A stretch of 64,000 nt of DNA from Casimicrobiaceae bacterium. GTDB lineage: Bacteria > Pseudomonadota > Gammaproteobacteria > Burkholderiales > Casimicrobiaceae. A program made the position numbers and the translations under genes. The stretch lies in NCBI GenBank assembly GCA_035605875.1, contig DATNGN010000020.1, forward strand, positions 836-64,835. Direction: 5' to 3'. This document shows, in pieces, positions 18,688-28,086 of the stretch (the first letter of the stretch is position 1; every line of letters begins with the position of its first letter). The notes below the pieces were generated by a model, which saw nothing but the letters and a program-made list of their open reading frames with translations, did no database searches and was not told the origin of the DNA.

Positions 18688-20651
18688 CTTCCCTCGCTGT
18701 CGAACCAGAACGCGTCGACGTGGTACATGCCGAAGTACGCGCCCGGATCCCAGCTGTAGATGCCGTCGCTCGGCACGTTGCGCAGGTCGTCGCTGACGAC
18801 GACCGGCTGCAGCGCGTGCGTCACCGTGCCGATCGTGTACACCTGGTCGGCGTGGATCGTCAGCATCCTGAGCCAGACGCGCTCGCGCTCGTCGTCGCTC
18901 GTCGACCGGCGCCATTCCTGGTAGAGCTGCACGAGTTCCTCGACGTCGGGCAATGTCGGCTTCTCACCGCCGCGGCGATTCTGCTCGTAGTACTGGCCCC
19001 ACATCGGCCATTCGAGCTGCTCCTGCGTCGTGGGCGCAAGCTCGGCCGGGCTCATCTCCGGCGTCGGGACGCCATTCGACAGCCCGTAGAACACCGACAT
19101 CATCGACTTGCCGGAGAACACGCGCTTGCGAAACACCTCGCGCTGCGACGGTCGCGCGAACATCGCGATGCCGAGCTGGCGCCACGTGTCGCGAATCAGC
19201 TCGAGCACGTCGGTTTCCTCGCTGCTCTCGCCGGCCGTGTCGATGATGAGCTCCATCGGCCGTCCGTCGGGCAGCAGCCTGATGCCGTTCTCGTCGCGCT
19301 TCGTGAGCCCGATCGCGTCGAGCAGCGCATTGGCGCGCTTCGGATCGAACGCTGACCACGCGGTGCGGAACTGCGGCCGGAACAGCGGACTTCGCGGCAG
19401 CACCGTATTCGCCGATTCCTGCCCGAGCCCGAAATAGACGACCTCGTTGATCTCGTGCCGGTCGATGCCGAGCGACAGCGCGCGCCGGAAGCGGACGTCG
19501 CGCATCAGCGTGCGCCAGACGGGATCGTCGACGTTCAGGTTCGGGTAGAGCGCGACCTGCGAGCCGAGCGCCTTTTCCCACAGATACACGCGATAGTGGT
19601 TGCGCGACTCCGCCTGCTTCAGGAACGTGTAGTTGTCGAAGCGCAGGTAACGCGTCTGCAGGTCGACGTTGCCGGCACCCGTACGCGCCGGAATCAGCTT
19701 GTCGTCGGTGATGCCGACGATCACGCGGTCGATGTACGGGAGCTGGCGACCCATCCGGTCGACGCGATGGAAATACGGATTGCGCACCAGCACGAAGCGC
19801 GTCGTCGGGAGCGGCGTCGTGTTGATCCACGGCTCGAGCGTCGGCAGGTCCGGGTTGTCGTTTCGAAACTGCTCGTCGACTTTCTGGTACAGGCCGGCCC
19901 AGTTGCGCGACCCGGCGGCCACCGCGCGCGCATTCGCCTTCTCGAGCCCGACATAACGCGCATGGAACTGCTTCAGGTAATGCGCGGGGCGATAGATGAA
20001 GAGCGGGCTCGGCGCGGCGAGCGCCGACAGGAACTGCGGGTTCGGCTCGTCCCAGCTGTAGCGAACGGTCGTCGCGTCGAGCACCTCGAACTTCGGCCTG
20101 CGATTGTCGACGAGCAGCGCGCGCGGCAGGCCGAACGGCGACAGATCCTTGTTGTTCGCGACGTCTTCCCAGTAGTAGCGAAAGTCGTCCGCGGTGAACG
20201 GCTGTCCGTCGGACCACTTGTGGCCGGGACGCAGATGCAGCGTGAAGATGCGATTGCCGTCGTTGTCGAGGCTCTGCAGGATGTCGGGCTTGAGGTGCAG
20301 GTGCTCGTCGTACCCGACGAGCCGCGCATAGCCGTAGACGACCATCATGCGGATGTCGCGGTCCTTCGCCATCAGCATCCGCAACTCGCCGCCGTAGCGC
20401 CCCGTGGCCCAACCCGGCCGCGCGATGTCGACGACGCACGGCGTCTTCGGCAGGCGCTGCGCGAGCGGCGGCAGCTTTCCGGACGCGACGTCGGCGGCGA
20501 GCGACGGCGGCTCTTCGGCGAATGCGGCCGATGCGATCAGCATCGCGAGCAGCAGCCCGACGCCAAGTACACCCCTCACCCGAACCCTCTCCCCGCAGAG
20601 CGGGGAGGGGGAGCGACACGCGGACCGTGGAGCGGGTGAGGGGCGCATCAT
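18684..20651 (-). CDS. Family 5 ABC substrate-binding protein
   Basis: GKLPPLAQRLP, GHKWSDGQPFTADD and RFRRALSLGIDR; signal peptide; exact start uncertain because of the repeat at the 5' end. Confidence 0.92.
   Translation of the reverse strand: MMRPSPAPRSACRSPSPLCGERVRVRGVLGVGLLLAMLIASAAFAEEPPSLAADVASGKLPPLAQRLPKTPCVVDIARPGWATGRYGGELRMLMAKDRDIRMMVVYGYARLVGYDEHLHLKPDILQSLDNDGNRIFTLHLRPGHKWSDGQPFTADDFRYYWEDVANNKDLSPFGLPRALLVDNRRPKFEVLDATTVRYSWDEPNPQFLSALAAPSPLFIYRPAHYLKQFHARYVGLEKANARAVAAGSRNWAGLYQKVDEQFRNDNPDLPTLEPWINTTPLPTTRFVLVRNPYFHRVDRMGRQLPYIDRVIVGITDDKLIPARTGAGNVDLQTRYLRFDNYTFLKQAESRNHYRVYLWEKALGSQVALYPNLNVDDPVWRTLMRDVRFRRALSLGIDRHEINEVVYFGLGQESANTVLPRSPLFRPQFRTAWSAFDPKRANALLDAIGLTKRDENGIRLLPDGRPMELIIDTAGESSEETDVLELIRDTWRQLGIAMFARPSQREVFRKRVFSGKSMMSVFYGLSNGVPTPEMSPAELAPTTQEQLEWPMWGQYYEQNRRGGEKPTLPDVEELVQLYQEWRRSTSDDERERVWLRMLTIHADQVYTIGTVTHALQPVVVSDDLRNVPSDGIYSWDPGAYFGMYHVDAFWFDSEGR
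20572..20643. repeat. Palindromic REP/RPE-like element at the 5' end of the SBP gene
   Basis: CCCCTCACCC-GAA-CCCTCTCCCCGCAGAGCGGGGAGGGGG...GCGGGTGAGGGG. Confidence 0.88.
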
Positions 20652-22525
20652 GCACTCACTTCCATGTCATGCGTCTGCATCCGCACGCGATGCCCGTCGC
20701 CGACGTCGACGAGCTCGCCCGCGCTCGTATCGTTCCATGCGAACGGCGCCGGCCATTCGCCCGGACTGCGCGCAGCGCCCGACTGAACCGCCGCGAGGTC
20801 CAGCTTGCGGTCGAGATCGGGATAGGGCACCGCGGCGAGCAGCCCGAGCGTGTACGGGTGCATCGGATTGCGGAACAGCACTTCGCGCGGCGCGATCTCG
20901 ACGATGCGGCCGCGGCACATCACCGCAATCTCGTCGGCGACGTAATCGACGACGGCGAGGTTGTGCGAGATGAAGACGTAGGTGAGACCGAGCTCGTTCT
21001 GCAGGTCCTTCAGCAGATTGAGGATCTGCGCCTGGATCGACACGTCGAGCGCCGACACCGGCTCGTCGCAAAGGATCAGGTCGGGAGACAGCGCCAGTGC
21101 GCGCGCGATGCCGATCCGCTGCCGCTGCCCGCCCGAGAAGCTGTGTGGATAGCGGGAGAGGTAGCGCGGATCCAGGCCGACGAGGCGCATCAGCTCCTTC
21201 GCCATCTCGGCGCGATAGTCGGAGTCGCCGATGCCGTGGATCACGAGCGGCTCGCGCAGGATGTCGAAAACCGTCATCCGCGGCGACAGCGACCCGAACG
21301 GATCCTGGAAAATGTACTGCACGCGGCGGCGGAACTGCATCAGCGTCTCGCCGCTCGCGGTCGCGACGTCGATCGTCGCGCCGCGGTCGTTGTAGAGCAC
21401 CTCGCCGCTATCGGGCGTCAGCGCTCTCATGATCACCTTCGACAGCGTCGTCTTGCCGCAGCCGCTTTCGCCGACGAGGCCGAAGCACTGGCCGCGCCGG
21501 ATGTCGAGGCTCACCTGGTCGACCGCGCGAAACGGCGGGCCTTCGCGGCGCACGAAGAAGCCGCTCGTTCGCTGCGCGAACGTCTTGACGATATTGCGTA
21601 CGGTGAGGTGCATCGCGCCTGCGTCCGCCGGCCACGGCTCGCGCATCTCGACGAGCGGACCCGTCTGGCAGTCGACGCTGCGCACCGATGCGAGTCGCTC
21701 GCCGGGCTTCATGTCGAAGTGCGGCACGGCGCGCAACAGCGCGCGCAGGTATGGATGCCCGGGCCGCTCGAAGATCGCCTCGACCGGGCCTTCTTCCATC
21801 ACGCGGCCCTGGTAGAGCACGACGACGCGCTCGGCGACGTTCGCCACGACGCCGAGATCGTGCGTGATGATCAGGACCGCCATGCCGAGCTCGGCCTGCA
21901 GATCCTTGACGAGCGCGAGGATCTGCGCCTGGATCGTCACGTCGAGCGCCGTCGTCGGCTCGTCGGCGATCAGGAGCGACGGCCGGCACACGAGCGCCAT
22001 CGCGATCATCGCGCGCTGCCGCAAGCCACCCGAAAGCTGGAACGGGTACATCCGAAGCGCGCGCCGCGGATCCGGGAAGCCCACCTGGCGAAGCATCTCC
22101 TCGGTGCGCGCCATGCCGGCGCGATGGCCGATCCGCTGGTGCACGAAGAGCGCCTCGCTCACCTGGTCGCCGATCGTGTGCAGCGGCGACAGCGACGTCA
22201 TGGGCTCCTGGAAGATCATCGAGATGTGGCGGCCGCGAATGCGGCGCATGCGGCGCCCGTCCGGCGCGAGCCGCACGATGTCGATCGGCCGCTCGCGCGT
22301 ATCGGGCGGCGTGAACAGGATCTGGCCGGACGTGATCTGTGCGCTCGCAGGCAGAATCTGCATCATCGCCTGCGCGGTGATCGACTTGCCCGAGCCCGAT
22401 TCGCCGACGAGCGCCAGCGTCGCGCCGGGTGCGATGCGAAACGAGACGCGGTCGAGCGCGTGAATGCGGATGCCGCGCGTATCGAAGTCGATCGACAGGT
22501 CGCGGACTTCGATCAGATCAGCCAA
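20648..22525 (-). CDS. Dual-NBD peptide/nickel ABC importer ATPase
   Basis: Two Walker A motifs (GESGSGKS, GESGCGKT), LSGGLRQR/FSGGQRQR and ADEPTTALD/CDEPVSALD. Confidence 0.95.
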   Translation of the reverse strand: MADLIEVRDLSIDFDTRGIRIHALDRVSFRIAPGATLALVGESGSGKSITAQAMMQILPASAQITSGQILFTPPDTRERPIDIVRLAPDGRRMRRIRGRHISMIFQEPMTSLSPLHTIGDQVSEALFVHQRIGHRAGMARTEEMLRQVGFPDPRRALRMYPFQLSGGLRQRAMIAMALVCRPSLLIADEPTTALDVTIQAQILALVKDLQAELGMAVLIITHDLGVVANVAERVVVLYQGRVMEEGPVEAIFERPGHPYLRALLRAVPHFDMKPGERLASVRSVDCQTGPLVEMREPWPADAGAMHLTVRNIVKTFAQRTSGFFVRREGPPFRAVDQVSLDIRRGQCFGLVGESGCGKTTLSKVIMRALTPDSGEVLYNDRGATIDVATASGETLMQFRRRVQYIFQDPFGSLSPRMTVFDILREPLVIHGIGDSDYRAEMAKELMRLVGLDPRYLSRYPHSFSGGQRQRIGIARALALSPDLILCDEPVSALDVSIQAQILNLLKDLQNELGLTYVFISHNLAVVDYVADEIAVMCRGRIVEIAPREVLFRNPMHPYTLGLLAAVPYPDLDRKLDLAAVQSGAARSPGEWPAPFAWNDTSAGELVDVGDGHRVRMQTHDMEVSA

Positions 22526-22548
22526 CGGCGACCTCAGTCAGCGGCCGA

Positions 22549-23274
22549 TCAGCGCGCATCGGGCACGTTCCGAAAGCCCGCGCACGCCTTGCGCATGCGC
22601 AGCGTATAGGGCAGGTTGCGTACCTCGAAGCGCAGAAAGCCACCGACGCGCGCAAGCGGCGAGCGCTTCTGCGCAGGCGGCAGCGGGGGAACGCACTGCG
22701 CGAGATCGACGTACCACGCAGGCGTCCTGCCGATGTCGTCGAGGTCGAGGTCGAACGCCGCGGCGCGCTCGCGCATCGTGTCGCCGAGCAGCGCATGCAC
22801 GGGCTTCGTCACGAGCAGGTATTCGGACACCGGGACGCTGTTCTTCAACATCCGATGGACGACGATCACGTCGACGCCGGCGAGTTCGGTCAGGCGCTTC
22901 ACCTTCTGCACGGCGACGCCGCCCGCGTGGCCGACGAGCTTGATCTTCAGGTTGCCCGCCTGCTGGCAACCGTCGCACGGGCACAGCGTGTTCGTCTTGA
23001 TGTCCTGCGCCCGCGCATGGAACGCCCGGTAGATCGCCGCCGCGCGCTCGTCGATCGAAGCCGCCCCCGGTTTGCCGTCGGCGGGTGCATAGAAGAAGGC
23101 AGCGTCGCCTTCGAGCTTGGCAAGCTTGAGCGACGATCCGGCCGCGTCGATCACCGCCTCGAGCAGGTCGGCGATGATCTGCTGCGCATGCACGAGACTC
23201 GTGTCGTGCATCTTCATGAACCGCGTGTAGCCGGCGATGTCGGCGATCAGCAGCAGCGTCGGTTGGACGGCCAT
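22549..23274 (-). CDS. DUF2652 family protein (class III nucleotide cyclase-like fold)
   Basis: LLIADIAGYTRF, KLEGDAAFF, CPCDGC, LKIKLVGHAG and GVDVIVVHRMLKN. Confidence 0.8.
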   Translation of the reverse strand: MAVQPTLLLIADIAGYTRFMKMHDTSLVHAQQIIADLLEAVIDAAGSSLKLAKLEGDAAFFYAPADGKPGAASIDERAAAIYRAFHARAQDIKTNTLCPCDGCQQAGNLKIKLVGHAGGVAVQKVKRLTELAGVDVIVVHRMLKNSVPVSEYLLVTKPVHALLGDTMRERAAAFDLDLDDIGRTPAWYVDLAQCVPPLPPAQKRSPLARVGGFLRFEVRNLPYTLRMRKACAGFRNVPDAR

Positions 23275-23282
23275 CGCGGCGG

Positions 23283-24191
23283 CTATCCTCGATACACCGG
23301 CTGCGGCTGCGTGAAGAACGCATGCAGGACGTGATAGACGATCCGGTAGTTCTTCTGCTGGAAGCTCGCGTGCGAGATGCCGGGCATCACCGCGAACTGC
23401 TTGTCGGGGTTCGGCAGCCGCTTGAAGAATTCGATCAGGTCGTCGAGCGCCGCGATGCCGTCGTACTGCCCGCGCATCAGAAGCGTCGGCACGGTGATCT
23501 TTTCCGGATCGACGAGCGGGAGCTTCGAGCACATGTCGACATACGTGCCGTTCGGCATCGAATCGTCGAGCGCGAGGATCGCGTCGGCGAACGCCTCGAC
23601 GACGCGCGCCTCGGCGCAGTCGGGATGGTCGCGCGCGAAGATCGAGCGGACGAAGTCGCGGTCGATCGGACGGCGATTGCGCGCGACGAATTCGGGCAGC
23701 TTCTTCCGCCTGGCTTCGAGCGTCGGCGCGCCTTCGCCGGTCCACACGAACGCGTCGAGTGCGAGCCGAGCGACGCGTTCGGGATGGCGTTGCGCGAAGA
23801 GCGCGGCGCGCAGTGCGCCCGACGAGATGCCGTATGCCATCACGCGCTCGATGCCGCGCGTCTCGCGCAGGTAGCGCGTCGCCGCTTCGAGGTCGTCGGC
23901 GCCGTTCGCGATGTCGCACGGGATGTCGCGACGCTTGTCGGAGCGCCCGTAGCCTTCCATGTCGACGCTCCAGCACGCGAAGCCCTGCTTCGCGAACCAG
24001 TCCATCACCGACGAGTCGGGTCGGCCGGGCACGGTCAGGTCGAACGTCGGCTGCGACGCCATCGACGAGCCGTGCACGAACAGCACGACCGGCTTGCCGG
24101 TCGGCTCGCCGACGAACTTCTCCCACAGGAACAGTCGCACGCCGTTCTTTTGCGTGTGGTGTTCGACGCCTTCGACTTTCATGCCATCCAT
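23283..24191 (-). CDS. Alpha/beta hydrolase
   Basis: VLFVHGSS, DMEGYGRS, GISSG nucleophile elbow and SHA. Confidence 0.88.
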   Translation of the reverse strand: MDGMKVEGVEHHTQKNGVRLFLWEKFVGEPTGKPVVLFVHGSSMASQPTFDLTVPGRPDSSVMDWFAKQGFACWSVDMEGYGRSDKRRDIPCDIANGADDLEAATRYLRETRGIERVMAYGISSGALRAALFAQRHPERVARLALDAFVWTGEGAPTLEARRKKLPEFVARNRRPIDRDFVRSIFARDHPDCAEARVVEAFADAILALDDSMPNGTYVDMCSKLPLVDPEKITVPTLLMRGQYDGIAALDDLIEFFKRLPNPDKQFAVMPGISHASFQQKNYRIVYHVLHAFFTQPQPVYRG

Positions 24192-24205
24192 TCGAATCGC
24201 GTTTC

Positions 24206-25174
24206 CTATTCGATGTGCGCGCCGGTGTCCTTGATCACCTTCGCCCACTGGTCGCGCTCGGCGCGAAAGAACTTGCCGAACTCGGCGCTCGTCGAGCCGA
24301 CGATCTCGATGCCGGCGCTCGCCATGTATGCCTTCACTTCGTCCTCGCCGAGCACCGCGACGACGGCGCGATTGAGCCGCTCGACGATGGCGGGTGGCGT
24401 GCCTTTCGGCGCCAGCAATCCCATCCATACGTACGCTTCGTAGCCGGGGACGCCCGACTCGATCACCGTCGGCACGTCGGGCAGTTGCGGCGAGCGATGG
24501 GCACCGGTCACGGCGAGCGCGCGCAGTTTACCGGCCTTGATGTGCCCGACCATGCCTGCGGTGCCGGGAATGGCCATCGCGACGACACCCGACAGCAGGT
24601 CGGTCGTCGCCTGCCCGCTGCCACGATACGGGACGTGGTTCATCTTCATGCCGGTGCGCGAGGCGAGGAGCGCCGCGAACAGATGCTGGCCGCTGCCGTT
24701 GCCCGACGATGCGTAGTCCACCTTTCCGGGATTCGCCTTCACGTAGGCGATGAATTCCTGCAGCGTCCTGGCGGGGACCGCCGGATTGACGACGACGACC
24801 CCCGGCTCGCGGCCGATCAGCGTGACCGGCGTGAAGTCGCCCATCGGATCGAACGGGAGCTTCGAATACAGCGTCGCGCTGATCGCGTTCGTCTGCGACG
24901 CGAGCAGCAGCGTGTAGCCGTCGGCCGGCGCTTTCGCGACGACGTCGGTGCCGATCGTCGCGCCCGCGCCGGGCTTGTTCTCGACGACGACCGGCTGGCC
25001 GAGGCGCTTGCCGAGCTCCTGCGCGATGAGGCGCATCGGTCCATCGACCGCGCCGCCGGGCGAGAACGGGACGATCACGCGAATCGGCCGCGACGGGTAG
25101 TCGTCGGCGTGCGCGATGCCGGCGAGCGGCAATGCGACGGCAAGGGCGAAAAGCCACCGGGAAAGCGAATGCAA
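24206..25174 (-). CDS. Bug/TctC tripartite tricarboxylate transporter substrate-binding protein
   Basis: YPSRPIRVIVPFSPGG, VENKPGAG, HVPYRG and PDVPT; TTG start after AAGGAGG. Confidence 0.93.
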   Translation of the reverse strand: MHSLSRWLFALAVALPLAGIAHADDYPSRPIRVIVPFSPGGAVDGPMRLIAQELGKRLGQPVVVENKPGAGATIGTDVVAKAPADGYTLLLASQTNAISATLYSKLPFDPMGDFTPVTLIGREPGVVVVNPAVPARTLQEFIAYVKANPGKVDYASSGNGSGQHLFAALLASRTGMKMNHVPYRGSGQATTDLLSGVVAMAIPGTAGMVGHIKAGKLRALAVTGAHRSPQLPDVPTVIESGVPGYEAYVWMGLLAPKGTPPAIVERLNRAVVAVLGEDEVKAYMASAGIEIVGSTSAEFGKFFRAERDQWAKVIKDTGAHIE

Positions 25175-25407
25175 GAGGACCTCCTTCGGCGAAGACCGCG
25201 CATTGTCGGTGGGCGCCCCCCGGGCTGTAAAGGGCGGACGTAGGACGAGCGCGCACAGCGTTTCGCGGCGTCGACCGCTCAACTTCGCGGCGCGTACTGC
25301 CTACAGTACTGCGGACGTCGCGGCGCACGAAGGCGCCGGTCTGCCGCGCGAATCCGCGTGCAGCGAATGCTGCACGTTCCTTGATCCTCCTCGCAGGGAC
25401 TCATCGT

Positions 25408-26415
25408 ATGAAGACAATCGTAGGGTCGTTCGACAGTTTCGACGAAGCGAACCGGGTGGCGCGCGAGTTGATGGACGACGGTTTCCGCGACAGCGACGTG
25501 AACGTCGTCGCGAGCAACATCCGCAGCGGCACGGGCACGTCCAGCGGCGCCGACATCGACGCGCCCGCCGACACGTCGACCGGCGTCGCCGGCACCGAAC
25601 GGATGCTCGGTCCGCTCGGCACCCGCACGTCGACCGGATTCACCAACGATACGGGCGTCGGAACGATGCCGGGCATGGGACCGGACGTGGCCGGCGGCGA
25701 GCCGGGTGACGGCACGCACACGACGACGACCCGCGAACATTACACGCGCTCGGCGGCCGACAACGCGCCGCTGACCGAGGACGGTGCGGGCCTGACCGAT
25801 CCGGCCGTCGATCCGACGCGCCGCGTCGACGACGCGAGCAACGCTGCGGCCGGTGCGGTGACAGGCGGTGTCGTCGGCGGTGCCGCGGGTCTCGCCGCGA
25901 GCCTCGCGGGTCTTGCGATCCCGGGCATCGGACCGATCATCGCCGCCGGCCCGATCGTGTCGCTGCTGACGGGCGCGGGCGTCGGCGCCGTCGCGGGCGG
26001 CCTGATCGGCGGCCTCACCGACATGGGTGTGTCGCAAGGTGACGCCGAGTACTACGCCGAGGCGGTGCGCCGCGGTGGAGCGCTCGTGACCGTGCGTGCC
26101 GACGACGTCCGCGCCGAGCGTGCCGCGGAGATCATGCGCGCACACGGCGCCGTCGACATCGAGCGGCGCGCGGACCAATGGCGCGAGGGCGGCTGGACGG
26201 GATTCGACACCAATGCGCGCGAGTACACGCCTGCGGATCTCGCGCGGGAGGAGGACCTCTACGGCGAACGCGCCCGCGAGACCGGCCTCGCGAGCGGCGC
26301 ATCGATCGGCGGTCCGACCACGTCGGGGCCCGGCGCATCGATTCCCGATCGGGGCACCGCGGGCTCGGATGAGGACGAGGCGACGCCGAGACCGCGCGGC
26401 GGGCGCGTCTATTGA
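25408..26415 (+). CDS. General-stress-type membrane protein with glycine-zipper region
   Basis: KTIVGSFD, LAIPGIGPIIAAGP, YAEAVRRGGALVTVRA, AVDIERRADQWREGGWTGFD. Confidence 0.8.
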   Translation: MKTIVGSFDSFDEANRVARELMDDGFRDSDVNVVASNIRSGTGTSSGADIDAPADTSTGVAGTERMLGPLGTRTSTGFTNDTGVGTMPGMGPDVAGGEPGDGTHTTTTREHYTRSAADNAPLTEDGAGLTDPAVDPTRRVDDASNAAAGAVTGGVVGGAAGLAASLAGLAIPGIGPIIAAGPIVSLLTGAGVGAVAGGLIGGLTDMGVSQGDAEYYAEAVRRGGALVTVRADDVRAERAAEIMRAHGAVDIERRADQWREGGWTGFDTNAREYTPADLAREEDLYGERARETGLASGASIGGPTTSGPGASIPDRGTAGSDEDEATPRPRGGRVY

Positions 26416-26564
26416 AGCGAACGGACGACAGCGCCGGCCGGCCGCGCCGCACCGTCGGCGTTTACGACCGGCCGCATCCGCTGCGCACGCGCAGGGTGAT
26501 CGTGCCGGTCGCGATCGCCATCACCGTCATCGTCGCCTACTTGCTGTATTTCCTGCTGCGTTGA
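26412..26564 (+). CDS. Small (50 aa) single-pass membrane protein, absent from the ORF track
   Basis: TTG overlaps the upstream stop (TTGA); MKRTDDSAGRPRRTVGVYDRPHPLRTRRVIVPVAIAITVIVAYLLYFLLR. Confidence 0.65.
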   Translation: MKRTDDSAGRPRRTVGVYDRPHPLRTRRVIVPVAIAITVIVAYLLYFLLR

Positions 26565-26596
26565 AGACAGCGGGGTCGACGAAAGCGGGGTGAGCC

Positions 26597-28012
26597 CTAT
26601 GCGGCGCGGCGTTCCTTCGCCGCCGCGTCGAGCTTCGCATACGCGTCGCGGAGCGCCGTGCGCAGGCCTTCCTCCACGACCGGGTGGTAGAACGGCAGCA
26701 TCAGCATCTCGCCGATCGTGAGATCGAGCTGCCGCGACCACGCGAGAAGATGCGCGAGATGCTCGGCCTCGGGGCCGATCATCTCGGCGCCGAGCAGAAG
26801 ACCGGTGCCGATTTCCGCGTAGACGTGCAGGCGTCCGCGATTGCGCTCCATCACGCGCGCGCGGCCCTGGTCGTCGAACGACACGACACCGGTGACGAAG
26901 CCGTTCGCCGCGTCGCGCGCGGCGCGCAGGCCCCCGCCGACGATTGCGATCTGCGGATCGGTGAAGAGGATCGCAAGCCCCGCACGCCGCATGCCCGGAC
27001 GGACGTCGGGAAAGCGCGCGGCATTGTCACCCGCGATGCGTCCCTCGTCGGCCGCCTCGTGCAGAAGCGGCACGTCGGCGTTCGCATCGCCGGCGATGAA
27101 GATCGGCACGCGGCCGCACTGGAGCGTTTCGCGATCGTACAGCGGCACGCCCTGCGCGTCGCGCGCGAGCGTCGTCCGCTCGAGGCCGAGGTCGTGAACG
27201 TTCGGCGCACGCCCCGTGGCCGCGAGCAGGTAGTCGAACGATTCGGAACGCCATTCACCGTCCGGTCCGCGATGGCGAACGACGACGCGATCGCCGTCGC
27301 GCACGACATCCGCATGTGCATCGGTGTCGAGATGGAACTCGGCGCCGAAGATGCGACGCGCCTCGGCGAGCAATTCAGGGTCGGCGAGATGACCGACGCC
27401 ACCGCCGCGGCCGAAGATCTTCACGCTCACGCCGAGGCGGTGCAGCGCCTGTCCGAGTTCGAGACCGATCACGCCCGGCCCGAACACGACGACGCTTTCC
27501 GGAAGATCCGTCCACTCGAAAATCGTCTCGTTCGTGACGAGACGGTCGCCGAGTGCCTTCCAGCTCGCCGGATACGACGGCGCAGAGCCGGTCGCGATCA
27601 CGACGGCCCGCGCATCGATCGTCGCATCCCCGGCGATGAGCGTCGTGTCCGCGACGAAGCGCGCACGCGCTTCGATCCGGTCGTGAGCGGGAATGCCGGC
27701 GACACCCTGCAGCACGAAGCCGACGAAGCGATCGCGCTCGGCGCGCACGCGCGCCATCACCGCCTTGCCGTCGACGACGACGTCGCCCGGAAGTCTCAGC
27801 CCGAACGCGGAAAAGCGCTCGACGGCGTGCGCCGCTTCGGCCGGCGCGATCAGCAGCTTGCTCGGCATGCAGCCGACACGCGCGCAGGTCGTGCCGTAAG
27901 GCCCGCCTTCGATCAGGAGCGCGTTGCGGCCGGCCGCCTTCGCGGCACGGTATGCCGACAAGCCGGCCGTGCCCGCGCCAATGATCGCCACATCCGTCTT
28001 TACCGTTCGCAT
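26597..28012 (-). CDS. Dihydrolipoyl dehydrogenase-like flavin disulfide reductase
   Basis: IIGAGTAG, GTTCARVGCMPSK redox disulfide, GPGVIG and YHPVVEE. Confidence 0.93.
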   Translation of the reverse strand: MRTVKTDVAIIGAGTAGLSAYRAAKAAGRNALLIEGGPYGTTCARVGCMPSKLLIAPAEAAHAVERFSAFGLRLPGDVVVDGKAVMARVRAERDRFVGFVLQGVAGIPAHDRIEARARFVADTTLIAGDATIDARAVVIATGSAPSYPASWKALGDRLVTNETIFEWTDLPESVVVFGPGVIGLELGQALHRLGVSVKIFGRGGGVGHLADPELLAEARRIFGAEFHLDTDAHADVVRDGDRVVVRHRGPDGEWRSESFDYLLAATGRAPNVHDLGLERTTLARDAQGVPLYDRETLQCGRVPIFIAGDANADVPLLHEAADEGRIAGDNAARFPDVRPGMRRAGLAILFTDPQIAIVGGGLRAARDAANGFVTGVVSFDDQGRARVMERNRGRLHVYAEIGTGLLLGAEMIGPEAEHLAHLLAWSRQLDLTIGEMLMLPFYHPVVEEGLRTALRDAYAKLDAAAKERRAA

Positions 28013-28039
28013 TCCGATCCTTCGGTGGAAATGAGAAAC

Positions 28040-28068
28040 GCGGGGACGCGGTAGGAACCGGTCCCCGC
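28040..28068 (-). terminator. Intercistronic hairpin (terminator-like or mRNA-stabilising)
   Basis: Stem GCGGGGAC/GTCCCCGC plus CGGT/ACCG, followed on the minus strand by GTTTCTCATTT. Confidence 0.5.
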
Positions 28069-28086
28069 CGAGCTTACGCTCCGGCC

